63,213 nt of DNA, taken from IMG/VR virus record IMGVR_UViG_3300025108_000042, positions 1 to 63,213 of that record, one strand, 5' to 3'. The notes beneath the pieces are model-generated. The model made no database searches. It saw only the letters and a program-made list of their open reading frames with translations, and had not been told where the DNA came from. This DNA is from a virus. Taxonomy: Duplodnaviria > Caudoviricetes. The position numbers and the translations under genes are program-made. Shown here one piece after another: positions 51,422 through 59,508 of the stretch; positions within the stretch are counted from its first letter, which is position 1, and each line of letters begins with the position of its first letter.

Positions 51422-52641
51422 TATTTCTTCTTAAGTTTTACTTTACCGCCATTCATAAGATATATAGGGTTTCTGTTTTCACCGCGCCTTCCGTTAGGTA
51501 TAACATATTCTGAAGCTTTCTTCCTAGGGGTTTTTGTTATTGGTGGGTTTTTAAAAACTGGTCTGATACCATACTCTTCTTGGTAAGCATCAAGGTATCT
51601 ATCTAACTCGCGCTGACTCTTTTGTACTAGATAGTCCTCTCTGTCGGATTCGTATCTTTCGTCTGCGTCTTCTAGTGTTTTCTTAAATTTCTTTTCTTGC
51701 TGCTTGTATGCTTTTTGTAGTGGGTTTCTCATAATACCAGCAGTTGGTATTACCAATCCATCTGTACGAGAAAGACCACCTCCACCAAGTATAGCAGCCA
51801 TTGGAGCAAACCAAGTAGCTTCACCCACTTTTGATACGTACCCTTCAGAAGCTTGGTTGTATTGATCTACTAGAGCTGGACGATCGGCAGCGGATGCGTC
51901 TTGTATTTGGTCTGATATGCCAACCATAGTCTTTTCTTGCTTATATAAATCATTATAAGTTTTTGCTGCGTAAGCCATGGCTGCGATGTCTTCAATATGC
52001 CTACCTCCTGTAGATGCACCTCCAGCTAAAAGAGTATTAGCAGGTGGGAACACAGAACCAGGAGTTTGTCTGAACTTATCTAGCAAAGTGTTATCTAGCT
52101 TTTCTTTTTGGTGTCCTAACTTATAGTTACCAAATCTAACTTCATCTATTATATCGTTCTGCTCATCTCCTAAGTTCACACCAGCATTGGCTCGTGTTTT
52201 CCCCATAGTTACGTTTTCTCCTGTTTTTTTCCATTTACCAGTAGCGTAATACGGTGTTCTATAGTTTACACCGTCTGGTGATTGTTTAGCATTCTTCCAA
52301 CGCTGCAATGATATTGGACCTAGATTGTATGTTGTTGTGTAATCATCTAAGGGCAATGCTTTATCGTATAAACTTTCTACTCTTTGTCTAGAAACAAAAT
52401 CATAGAATGATGGTAGGTCGTCTCTATTTCTATCTTCTGGAAGCTCTGCATCTCTATAGTCTGGAGCCCAACCATATCGTTCAGACAATTTATCCAGTTG
52501 AGACTGCACTAGGTCTTCTAACTTGTCTTCCCATCCACCTTTATAACGGACAGGACCACCTATCATACGACTGAATCTAGGACCTTTCTTACCCTTCTTA
52601 CCGGGCTTACCACCGCCTTCGTATTTGTACTTCCCTTTCAT
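51421..52641 (-). CDS. Hypothetical protein with MKGKYKYEGGG leader
   Basis: ORF; motif at the N-terminus and YLMNGGKVKLKKK at the C-terminus. Confidence 0.7.
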   Translation of the reverse strand: MKGKYKYEGGGKPGKKGKKGPRFSRMIGGPVRYKGGWEDKLEDLVQSQLDKLSERYGWAPDYRDAELPEDRNRDDLPSFYDFVSRQRVESLYDKALPLDDYTTTYNLGPISLQRWKNAKQSPDGVNYRTPYYATGKWKKTGENVTMGKTRANAGVNLGDEQNDIIDEVRFGNYKLGHQKEKLDNTLLDKFRQTPGSVFPPANTLLAGGASTGGRHIEDIAAMAYAAKTYNDLYKQEKTMVGISDQIQDASAADRPALVDQYNQASEGYVSKVGEATWFAPMAAILGGGGLSRTDGLVIPTAGIMRNPLQKAYKQQEKKFKKTLEDADERYESDREDYLVQKSQRELDRYLDAYQEEYGIRPVFKNPPITKTPRKKASEYVIPNGRRGENRNPIYLMNGGKVKLKKK

Positions 52642-53024
52642 AAAAATGGATTTATTTTTTTTCTAGGTAGCATAAGCTCCGGGAATTTAGCATCTCTAAC
52701 TTCTTGCATAGGAATACGTTTGCTGTACTCTTCTCTGCCAGGTCTAGAGTTTCTAGCCATAACTAGGTTTTCAGGGTCCATGATATAGGGACGCATGGTA
52801 TACATAGGGTCTGAATCTTCTTGATCAATAGCTCCTCCCATCATACCTCTATCAATATAGCTGGTAATCTCTGGTGGCATATTCTCTGGATCCATAATAC
52901 CTTCAAGCATCATTATCTTAGCAGCTAAAGCAAGCTCTTCCATTTGTCTAGCAAACTCTGTCTTCTTGCTTACCTTTTTCTTTTTAGGTTTGCCACCGCC
53001 TTTGTATTTATATCTACCCTTCAT
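52638..53024 (-). CDS. Hypothetical protein with MKGRYKYKGGG leader (start revised)
   Basis: The shared leader defines the start at 53024. Confidence 0.7.
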   Translation of the reverse strand: MKGRYKYKGGGKPKKKKVSKKTEFARQMEELALAAKIMMLEGIMDPENMPPEITSYIDRGMMGGAIDQEDSDPMYTMRPYIMDPENLVMARNSRPGREEYSKRIPMQEVRDAKFPELMLPRKKINPFL

Positions 53025-53172
53025 TCTTCTTACAGTTTTTTGCTTCAGAACAATAGCATATTTCATCGCTACCACAAGCAAATGGATGCTCTGCTGTTGT
53101 TTTTATACCCGCTATTCGGTGTAACATACTCACTAACAGTACAATGCCTAATAGTATAATAATTCCTGTCAT
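53014..53172 (-). CDS. 52-aa membrane-anchored Cys-rich peptide, first late gene
   Basis: MTGIIILLGIVLLVSML...CGSDEICYCSEAKNCKK; promoter 5 nt upstream. Confidence 0.55.
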   Translation of the reverse strand: MTGIIILLGIVLLVSMLHRIAGIKTTAEHPFACGSDEICYCSEAKNCKKNEG

Positions 53173-53840
53173 AGATACAAAGATAATCAATATAATGCTA
53201 CAGCTGTTTGTGTCAAATGAGACTTGATAATGTCATTTATTTTTACTAACTTAGCATTGTGATTGAGATCAAACGCATGATTGAACTCATGTTCTTAAGT
53301 GAATCAGTTTATAGTTCAGAAATAAACTAATCCAAGTACAGAGTGCCAAATCCCAATTAAGGCACACTCTAAAATTCACGTTAAACACTACAATACGCCC
53401 TAACTATACCTGTTTCTGAACCACGCGTTCAGTCCCAGAGATCCCCTTACAACAGCTGTTATTAGTATTGCATACACAGTGTCCACTACCTAACAGATAT
53501 ATCCTATACACCCCCGCAAATCCATACTCTGAACCCAAACAACAACTTTCTGCACTTTACAGCAATCTATTGCCCCGAAAAATACCCCAGAAATATCTAC
53601 CTAGGGGATTATATATATAGTCTACCGATAGAAACCGCGCACCTAAACCGATATCCAGACCACCCCCGCCCGACCAGCTGACCGCCTTTGTGCACTTTTT
53701 CAGCTTTTAGCACCGTTTACTGCCTGTCTGGCGATCTTTGTTCTACCTGTTTAGTGATCAATACCAACCCTTGCACCTCCAGACAACCGAAACAACCGTA
53801 TAGCTCCTATGTAGGGCATTTACTGTCGTATCTGGGGCAA

Positions 53841-53904
53841 CACCTAACCAGCTGACGAGCTGACCGGATTAAGAGCTTACGAGCTGACCAGCTGACGAGC
53901 TCAG
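53841..53904. repeat. Tandem 8-bp array (C/G)AGCTGAC
   Basis: cacctaac cagctgac gagctgac cggattaa gagcttac gagctgac cagctgac gagctcag; one extra copy at 53675. Confidence 0.85.
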
Positions 53905-53934
53905 GTAGTGTTGAATTCTTTTTGTTGCGTTCGT

Positions 53935-53964
53935 TTTGTTTATTCACATTTGTTTATATATTGC
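53935..53964 (+). promoter_or_regulatory. Putative early promoter (TTTG, 18 nt, TATATTGC)
   Basis: Near-consensus Bacteroidota -33/-7 elements upstream of the structured leader. Confidence 0.5.
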
Positions 53965-54010
53965 AATTCAGTAGAACGGTCAGCCGTTCACGTTCTTTGA
54001 CATTCGGGAA

Positions 54011-54147
54011 AGTTAAAACAGATCTGAAGAGCTTCAGTAGTGCGAAGCCAGAGCGCCAGTGATGGCGCCAGGACTTAATAAGTTGAAACCTATGAACGGG
54101 CACACGTTCAAAGCAGGTGCGAAAGCTCCTGCGGTTATCTGTTAACT
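54011..54147 (+). ncRNA. Hammerhead-ribozyme-like RNA (type I topology with its first site; enzyme strand 54011-54090)
   Basis: AACAGAU 54017-23 pairs with AUCUGUU 54137-43; AGUU pairs with AACU across an AA bulge; CUGAAGA 54024-30; GAAACC 54085-90 pairs with GGU; GUU triplet. Stem II is atypical. Confidence 0.7.
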
Positions 54148-54165
54148 AATTTAAAACTTTGACAA

Positions 54166-54417
54166 ATGGAAACATTGACAAATTATGACCATGCACAGTT
54201 AGACCTTGCAACCGGTCAACACCGTACACACGCGCAATTCTTAGAAGTTATGGACTCAGCGTTTCATGGTGTATACTCGCAAGCAAAAGCACAGTATAAA
54301 GAATTTTGTTTTGATCCTGTGAGCTACATTGAACACATAGATGAATATTGCGAAGGATTGGTGAATGATAATGTGAAAATTGAACTACTCACTCAGCTCG
54401 TTTACATTATAGACTAA
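54166..54417 (+). CDS. Early hypothetical protein
   Basis: Bounded by repeat elements. Confidence 0.8.
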   Translation: METLTNYDHAQLDLATGQHRTHAQFLEVMDSAFHGVYSQAKAQYKEFCFDPVSYIEHIDEYCEGLVNDNVKIELLTQLVYIID

Positions 54418-54478
54418 AAAAGGGGAGCGCTTACGGGCGCTCCTTTGGTTATCTGTTAACTAATTAAAAATCATTAAA

Positions 54479-54715
54479 ATGAATGATTCAAAGAAACTCT
54501 GGCACGTTCAACAACTGCACATGCTGGAAAGGTCAAACCCTTATTCGTACGGTTCTTTTGTGTTTACCAGCTCAGGCGAAATATTCACAGTTGATGAAGC
54601 GGTTGACATTTGGGAGGACATCAAAGAAGAAGGACTTTTTTACGGTGTGAATTGGGAAAGCGAGTTATGGAGCGAAAGCGGTATACAAATACCAGCCGTT
54701 TATACTGAACACTAA
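54479..54715 (+). CDS. Early hypothetical protein
   Basis: Bounded by repeat elements. Confidence 0.8.
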   Translation: MNDSKKLWHVQQLHMLERSNPYSYGSFVFTSSGEIFTVDEAVDIWEDIKEEGLFYGVNWESELWSESGIQIPAVYTEH

Positions 54716-54774
54716 GATGAAGAGCGCCAAATGGCGCTCTTTTGGTTATCTGTTAACTAATTAAACTCACTAAA

Positions 54775-55071
54775 ATGAAGGTGTACAACGTATACAAGGC
54801 AAACGAGGAGCTATACATGACATTTCAAAGCAAAACTGAAGCGGTTGACTTTATAGAATATGGAGCCGCAAGTGTTTTTAGCGAAGAGGGCTTTTATTTG
54901 GAGGAGGCGCTTATTTGTAAATGCGGTAACGATAAAGAAGTTATGGAGCGTTTTGATGCGTACGGCTACGCAACCGGTGATTGGTGCAATACGTGTTATG
55001 AAAACGGAAAATATCCATACAGGAAAGATCGTTACTACGACTACTTTAACGCTGGGGAAAGATTAGAGTAG
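54775..55071 (+). CDS. Early protein with a possible Zn ribbon
   Basis: CKCG...WCNTCY. Confidence 0.8.
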   Translation: MKVYNVYKANEELYMTFQSKTEAVDFIEYGAASVFSEEGFYLEEALICKCGNDKEVMERFDAYGYATGDWCNTCYENGKYPYRKDRYYDYFNAGERLE

Positions 55072-55122
55072 AAAAGAGCGCCATTTGGCGCTTTGGTTAT
55101 CTGTTAACTAATATAAATAAAG

Positions 55123-55578
55123 ATGAAAACTACAGTATTTATCGGGAAAGCTGAGGTAAAATGGAAAGCAAAGAAGAACCCAATAGAGCACAAAATTAGA
55201 AGCTCAAGGGATGCTTACAATTTATTAAAGGCACATATCGGAAAAAAGATATTTGAACAAGAGCTTTTTATTACTATGTATATGAACAAGGCGAACACCG
55301 TATTATGGATTGAAACCATAACTCAGGGATGCGGTGCTTCGTGCTCTGTAGATATCCCAGCAATAACAAGAAGAGCTATAGAGGGAACGGCACACGCGGT
55401 AATTGTCGCGCACAACCACCCGAGCGGTAATAAAAACCCCAGTGAGAACGACAAAAGAGTAACTAAGAACTTAAAGAAAGCGATTAAACCATTTAACATA
55501 GAAGTGTTAGACCATATTATCGTTTGTGGGGATGGTTACTACAGTTTCGCTGACAATGGCGAACGATCGTTAGCTTAA
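55123..55578 (+). CDS. radC: RadC-like JAB domain protein
   Basis: QELF...AHNHPSGNKNPSENDKRVT...VLDHII. Confidence 0.9.
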   Translation: MKTTVFIGKAEVKWKAKKNPIEHKIRSSRDAYNLLKAHIGKKIFEQELFITMYMNKANTVLWIETITQGCGASCSVDIPAITRRAIEGTAHAVIVAHNHPSGNKNPSENDKRVTKNLKKAIKPFNIEVLDHIIVCGDGYYSFADNGERSLA

Positions 55579-55638
55579 TTTATGAGGAGCGCCAATGGGC
55601 GCTCTTTGGTTATCTGTTAACTAATTTAATCAAACACT

Positions 55639-56355
55639 ATGAAGAATAGAGTTGTATTTACTATACCTGAAAAGGACATTATAGTTGTAATACGTAAGGG
55701 CAAGACCACAAACAAGAAGATTACAAACGGTGCACCACTGGTGCAAACGTACACATTCAGCACTGCTCAATGGACTTTAGCTTCCACCAGTAAAGGCTTC
55801 GGGATGAAGAAATTCTTTGCTTTGGATGGTTCCAATTGCTTAGACTGTCCATATAGTGGAAACAAAGGTAAAGGCGGTTGCTATACACACAAGTTTAACC
55901 AATATGTAGGCTTTTTGTCTATGCTACGTAGCATTAAACACAATGAGCTTACACCACTTACAAGGGACAAACAACAGAAAATTATTGAGCTTTCGTTTAA
56001 TAGTTATGTAAGATTTGGGACATATGGCGAACCATCCTTAATGCCTTTATCTGTTGTTGATGCTATGGTATGGAATGCTAAGACATGGACTGGTTATACG
56101 CACCAATGGGAAAAAGAATGGGCGAACAGTTATAAAAACTATTTTATGGCTTCTACGCACAATCAAACAGAAAGTAAAAGAGCCAAAACAATAGGCTATA
56201 GATCATTTGTTTCTGTAATACCTGACAAAAAAGTTACCGGTATAAACTGCCCAGCATCTAAAGAGCAAGGCTACAAAAGTAACTGTGAAAAGTGCGGGTT
56301 ATGCTCAGGGGTGAAGGGCAAAGGAAACAAGGATGTATGGATTATGGAGCATTAA
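55639..56355 (+). CDS. Cys-rich Gp88-like (possible Fe-S) early protein
   Basis: CLDCP...CY, VRFGTYGEP, TGYTHQW, CPAS...CEKCGLC. Confidence 0.6.
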   Translation: MKNRVVFTIPEKDIIVVIRKGKTTNKKITNGAPLVQTYTFSTAQWTLASTSKGFGMKKFFALDGSNCLDCPYSGNKGKGGCYTHKFNQYVGFLSMLRSIKHNELTPLTRDKQQKIIELSFNSYVRFGTYGEPSLMPLSVVDAMVWNAKTWTGYTHQWEKEWANSYKNYFMASTHNQTESKRAKTIGYRSFVSVIPDKKVTGINCPASKEQGYKSNCEKCGLCSGVKGKGNKDVWIMEH

Positions 56356-56407
56356 AAAGAGCGCCACTGGGCGCTCTTGGTTATCTGTTAATATAAGTTA
56401 TAAAGCA

Positions 56408-56665
56408 ATGAAAAAGAATGACTACGAACTAAGTATAGAATACAGGGAGCGTTTCGCACTTAATAAAGGCGAACGTTACTGGATGCAAGAAGCAATTGAT
56501 TTGTATTCTAAGATGGCTAAGGAAGAGCTGGAACACGAAATAGAACAAGGTAAAAGACCGGTAATAGCTCCAGCTTTTTTTGATGGATTATTTAATACTA
56601 TAAGCGGTAAGCTTGATGCTTGGATGCAAGAAGAAAGAACTGTTCTTCAAGACTCGGAAGAATAG
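56408..56665 (+). CDS. Early hypothetical protein (start revised)
   Basis: First ATG after repeat 6. Confidence 0.75.
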   Translation: MKKNDYELSIEYRERFALNKGERYWMQEAIDLYSKMAKEELEHEIEQGKRPVIAPAFFDGLFNTISGKLDAWMQEERTVLQDSEE

Positions 56666-56743
56666 TTAATGATTGGTTAACGGTAGAGTCAAAAGGAGCG
56701 CCATTGAGCGCTCCTGGTTATCTGTAAATTTAAACAATGTATT

Positions 56744-57244
56744 ATGAACAGGATTAATTATTGGATTAAGGAAAAATTAGGCTTAATCGATAAAGGGGGG
56801 GTGAACAGGATTAATTATCTATTAATGAAAGTAGATTACCTGAGCACCGAATTGCACATAGCTAAAGAGCAAATACTTAAGCTTGAAAAAGATGTTAGCG
56901 GTATTCATGATGAGCAACACGAAACAAGGGAGACCGTATCTAACAACGAGTACGCAATAGACAGTGTGAAAAGTGATTTAGAAAATCATAATGTTCCGTA
57001 TCTGTGGGAAATCGTAGATAATAACAAAGATTATATAAAGAACCTTGAAGTACCTGATGAATACAACATTAGGGAGATTATAAAATTAGAACTGGATGCT
57101 CTAAAAGGGACTAATGACTCACAAGAGACAATAGGAGGTGATAGTATAAGTAATGAACGATTGATTACCGGTATTGTAAGAAGTGAAATTGCACAGTACA
57201 ACAAGTTTATTGTAGATGCATTGAATGAGAAATCATTTGATTAA
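56744..57244 (+). CDS. Early coiled-coil protein
   Basis: Bounded by repeat elements. Confidence 0.75.
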   Translation: MNRINYWIKEKLGLIDKGGVNRINYLLMKVDYLSTELHIAKEQILKLEKDVSGIHDEQHETRETVSNNEYAIDSVKSDLENHNVPYLWEIVDNNKDYIKNLEVPDEYNIREIIKLELDALKGTNDSQETIGGDSISNERLITGIVRSEIAQYNKFIVDALNEKSFD

Positions 57245-57298
57245 TTATAAGAGCGCCACTGGGCGCTCTTGGTTATCTGTTAATTAATATATATAAAG

Positions 57299-57499
57299 AT
57301 GAAACACCAGTATGGAACAGTGTACGCTGAGGCTACGCTAAAAGTTCGTGTAAAGTTTAATACGTATCTACACGATGCAGAAGAGTATGAATACGTTATG
57401 GATGCTATGTATAACGGGGACTTTGATTTTATAGAAATGCCTAAAGTTGATAGCTTTAAAATCGAGAATGTAAGAACGTTTGAAGAGAAGGAGTTATGA
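57299..57499 (+). CDS. Early hypothetical protein
   Basis: Follows repeat 8. Confidence 0.75.
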   Translation: MKHQYGTVYAEATLKVRVKFNTYLHDAEEYEYVMDAMYNGDFDFIEMPKVDSFKIENVRTFEEKEL

Positions 57500-57762
57500 C
57501 AAGGTTTGAACAGGATAAAGAGACTATTTTTCGTTACATAGACAGTAAAGGATCAAGACCAATGAGTAGGGCTTATTGGAATTTAGTGGTGAGCATACGC
57601 GATGTAGGGTTGTTCTGTGAGGGAATAGCACCTAACAGACACTGGAGACTTAAACACGTTAAAGAATATTTCGGAGTAAAAGGAGGTAAACAAAAGATTT
57701 ACGACCAGTTAAACGAAATGCTTGATGACTATAGAAAAGAATTAGGGTATGAGACAGTGTAG
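57496..57762 (+). CDS. Early hypothetical protein
   Basis: ATGA coupling to the upstream ORF. Confidence 0.75.
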   Translation: MTRFEQDKETIFRYIDSKGSRPMSRAYWNLVVSIRDVGLFCEGIAPNRHWRLKHVKEYFGVKGGKQKIYDQLNEMLDDYRKELGYETV

Positions 57763-57961
57763 TGAAACCGGAGAGGTGATGTATGGTGGTTGGGTGATTT
57801 GTGATGATATCTATATCAAGTATGAAAAGGATTTAGACAATTATTTGCTTGAATGGGCAAAAGATGATGGTCTACATAATTTCAACATTGAATGGCTAAG
57901 AGATTATTATTACAACAGTGAGATGTTCTACTACACAACGTGGTACGAAGAAGAAGATTAA
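57749..57961 (+). CDS. Early hypothetical protein
   Basis: RQCSETGEVM..GW...YYTTW. Confidence 0.7.
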   Translation: MRQCSETGEVMYGGWVICDDIYIKYEKDLDNYLLEWAKDDGLHNFNIEWLRDYYYNSEMFYYTTWYEEED

Positions 57962-58013
57962 TTAAAAGCGCCACTGGGCGCTTGGTTATCTGTTAATTTA
58001 AAATATAAAGATT

Positions 58014-58148
58014 ATGTATACAGACAATATGTATAGCAACGAGTACACTGAGGCTCTTGAGGACTTTGAATGTTTTGTAAGAAACATATTAGATAGCGAA
58101 GATTTGACTGATAAAGAAAAAGTTGAAACAATTAAAAAACAATTATAG
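58014..58148 (+). CDS. 44-aa early protein (not in ORF track)
   Basis: ATG at the usual distance after repeat 9, open to TAG. Confidence 0.7.
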   Translation: MYTDNMYSNEYTEALEDFECFVRNILDSEDLTDKEKVETIKKQL

Positions 58149-58151
58149 ACT

Positions 58152-58388
58152 ATGAAAGTATTTACATTAGTACAAATTATTGAAAGAGACTGCGATGTAA
58201 AAGTAGAATCTTTTGCTACACTACAAGAAGCTATGAAATTTCAAGACAAGCTAACCAGAGAATTTATACAAGACTGGGGCTCTGTAAAAATTGACTTCGC
58301 ATTTGAAGAGAACTCCTCTATCTTTTTTATGGAGTCTAAGAATGGTAGTACTGACCAACAAATAGTAATCAAAGAAACTGAAATATAA
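58152..58388 (+). CDS. Early hypothetical protein
   Basis: ORF in the operon. Confidence 0.75.
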   Translation: MKVFTLVQIIERDCDVKVESFATLQEAMKFQDKLTREFIQDWGSVKIDFAFEENSSIFFMESKNGSTDQQIVIKETEI

Positions 58389-58451
58389 ATAGATTGAAGT
58401 AAAAGGTGCGTTGCACCTTGGTTATCTGTAAACAATTTAAAACAATTTATT

Positions 58452-59204
58452 ATGCCTAACTGGGTAAATTCAACAGTTGAAATGGAGTTACAAAACTCTG
58501 ATGTAAAGCTTTTAGAAGCTATGAAAGAAAATGGCGGGATCTGTAGGACCTACAATCCAATGCCAGCTCTGTTAAACAAAACGGTATCACCAGTGCAAAT
58601 TGTATCTGTTAAAGAATACAAGGAACAACAGAAGTTTAACGAAGAATACTTACAGTCTATTCCTGAAGGACAAAGTCCTGATGATTGGAAGATTAAAAAG
58701 GGTATTACAAAAAAGATGCACGAAGAGTATATAGAAAAGTATGGACATGCTGACTGGTATAGCTGGGCAAGTAAGCATTGGGGTACAAAGTGGGGAGATT
58801 GTGATTTTAATTACTGGGAAGATGAAACGACAGACAATGGTACAACAATAGTAGTTGTCCACTGGGAGTCGGCTTGGGGACCTATCTTAAATAGTCTTAC
58901 CGAGAAGCTTATAAACGACCTAAGAGCTACTGATACACCCGCTAAATTCAATTGGGAAGAAGAGCAAGGATTTGGGGCAGAATATGAACTGGTAGATGGG
59001 AAGTTGTCTTTAATTAGTGAATGGGATTTACCTGAATGGGGAGATGAATATTACGAAGATGATAAGGGCAACTGCTACACTTACCTTATAGAAGATTACT
59101 ACAAGATGGGAGAAGTCTACAGTAAGGGATTCTATTTAGAGCATTCAATACACGAGCCATATGACAAGGAAAAGGATGGTGAAATCAAAAAGATGAAGTG
59201 GTAA
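58452..59204 (+). CDS. DUF1281/YubB-like ferredoxin-fold protein
   Basis: MPNWV.S, DWYSW...WGTKWG, ESAWGP. Confidence 0.75.
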   Translation: MPNWVNSTVEMELQNSDVKLLEAMKENGGICRTYNPMPALLNKTVSPVQIVSVKEYKEQQKFNEEYLQSIPEGQSPDDWKIKKGITKKMHEEYIEKYGHADWYSWASKHWGTKWGDCDFNYWEDETTDNGTTIVVVHWESAWGPILNSLTEKLINDLRATDTPAKFNWEEEQGFGAEYELVDGKLSLISEWDLPEWGDEYYEDDKGNCYTYLIEDYYKMGEVYSKGFYLEHSIHEPYDKEKDGEIKKMKW

Positions 59205-59380
59205 TGGATTTTAAAGAAGTGTATAGTAAGATAGATTCTGTAAGGTTTTCACTGGCTATGAGAGATAATGTATTGCACGTTGCGTATATTGATAAGATAG
59301 AGCAGTTTATAAACACCTTAGAGATTCAAAATGGAAAACAAGAAGAGAGAAGAGGTGTTAAAGCGCATCTTGAAGAATGA
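59204..59380 (+). CDS. Last early hypothetical protein
   Basis: TAATG coupling. Confidence 0.6.
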   Translation: MDFKEVYSKIDSVRFSLAMRDNVLHVAYIDKIEQFINTLEIQNGKQEERRGVKAHLEE

Positions 59381-59475
59381 ACTGATCAGTGGTACAACAG
59401 TTATACTGAGCGGTATGCTTTTTATATTTTTATGTCAGTTGATTGTTGATTTTCTCGTTAAGTTTATTACATTTG

Positions 59476-59508
59476 GAGGGTAGTCCGTTGGGCTATCCTC
59501 TTTTTTTT
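59476..59508 (+). terminator. Terminator closing the early operon
   Basis: GAGGGTAGTCC-GTT-GGGCTATCCTC plus T8. Confidence 0.85.

Larger units (their letters stand above)
18713..53185 (-). promoter_or_regulatory. Twelve Bacteroidota sigma70 -7 elements (TAnnTTTG) at 18713, 24460, 27987, 30072, 30408, 40946, 42895, 43598, 46063, 49120, 49715, 53178 (8 bp each)
   Basis: Exact consensus matches, each just upstream of a late-strand start codon. Confidence 0.85.
54113..58429 (+). repeat. Ten intergenic hairpin+GGTTATCTGT elements (GG at 54133, 54447, 54744, 55095, 55608, 56379, 56716, 57271, 57984, 58420)
   Basis: Invariant 10-mer directly 3' of a GC-rich hairpin, always upstream of a start codon. 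Confidence 0.97.

Noticed and set aside
54113-58429. Early repeats as a CRISPR array or integron attC sites
   Set aside because: The intervals are whole genes (about 300-770 bp), and no cas or integrase gene is present.
54113-58429. Early repeats as simple intrinsic terminators
   Set aside because: There is no free U tract after the stems, and termination would not explain the invariant GGTTATCTGT or its complement beside CUGAAGA.
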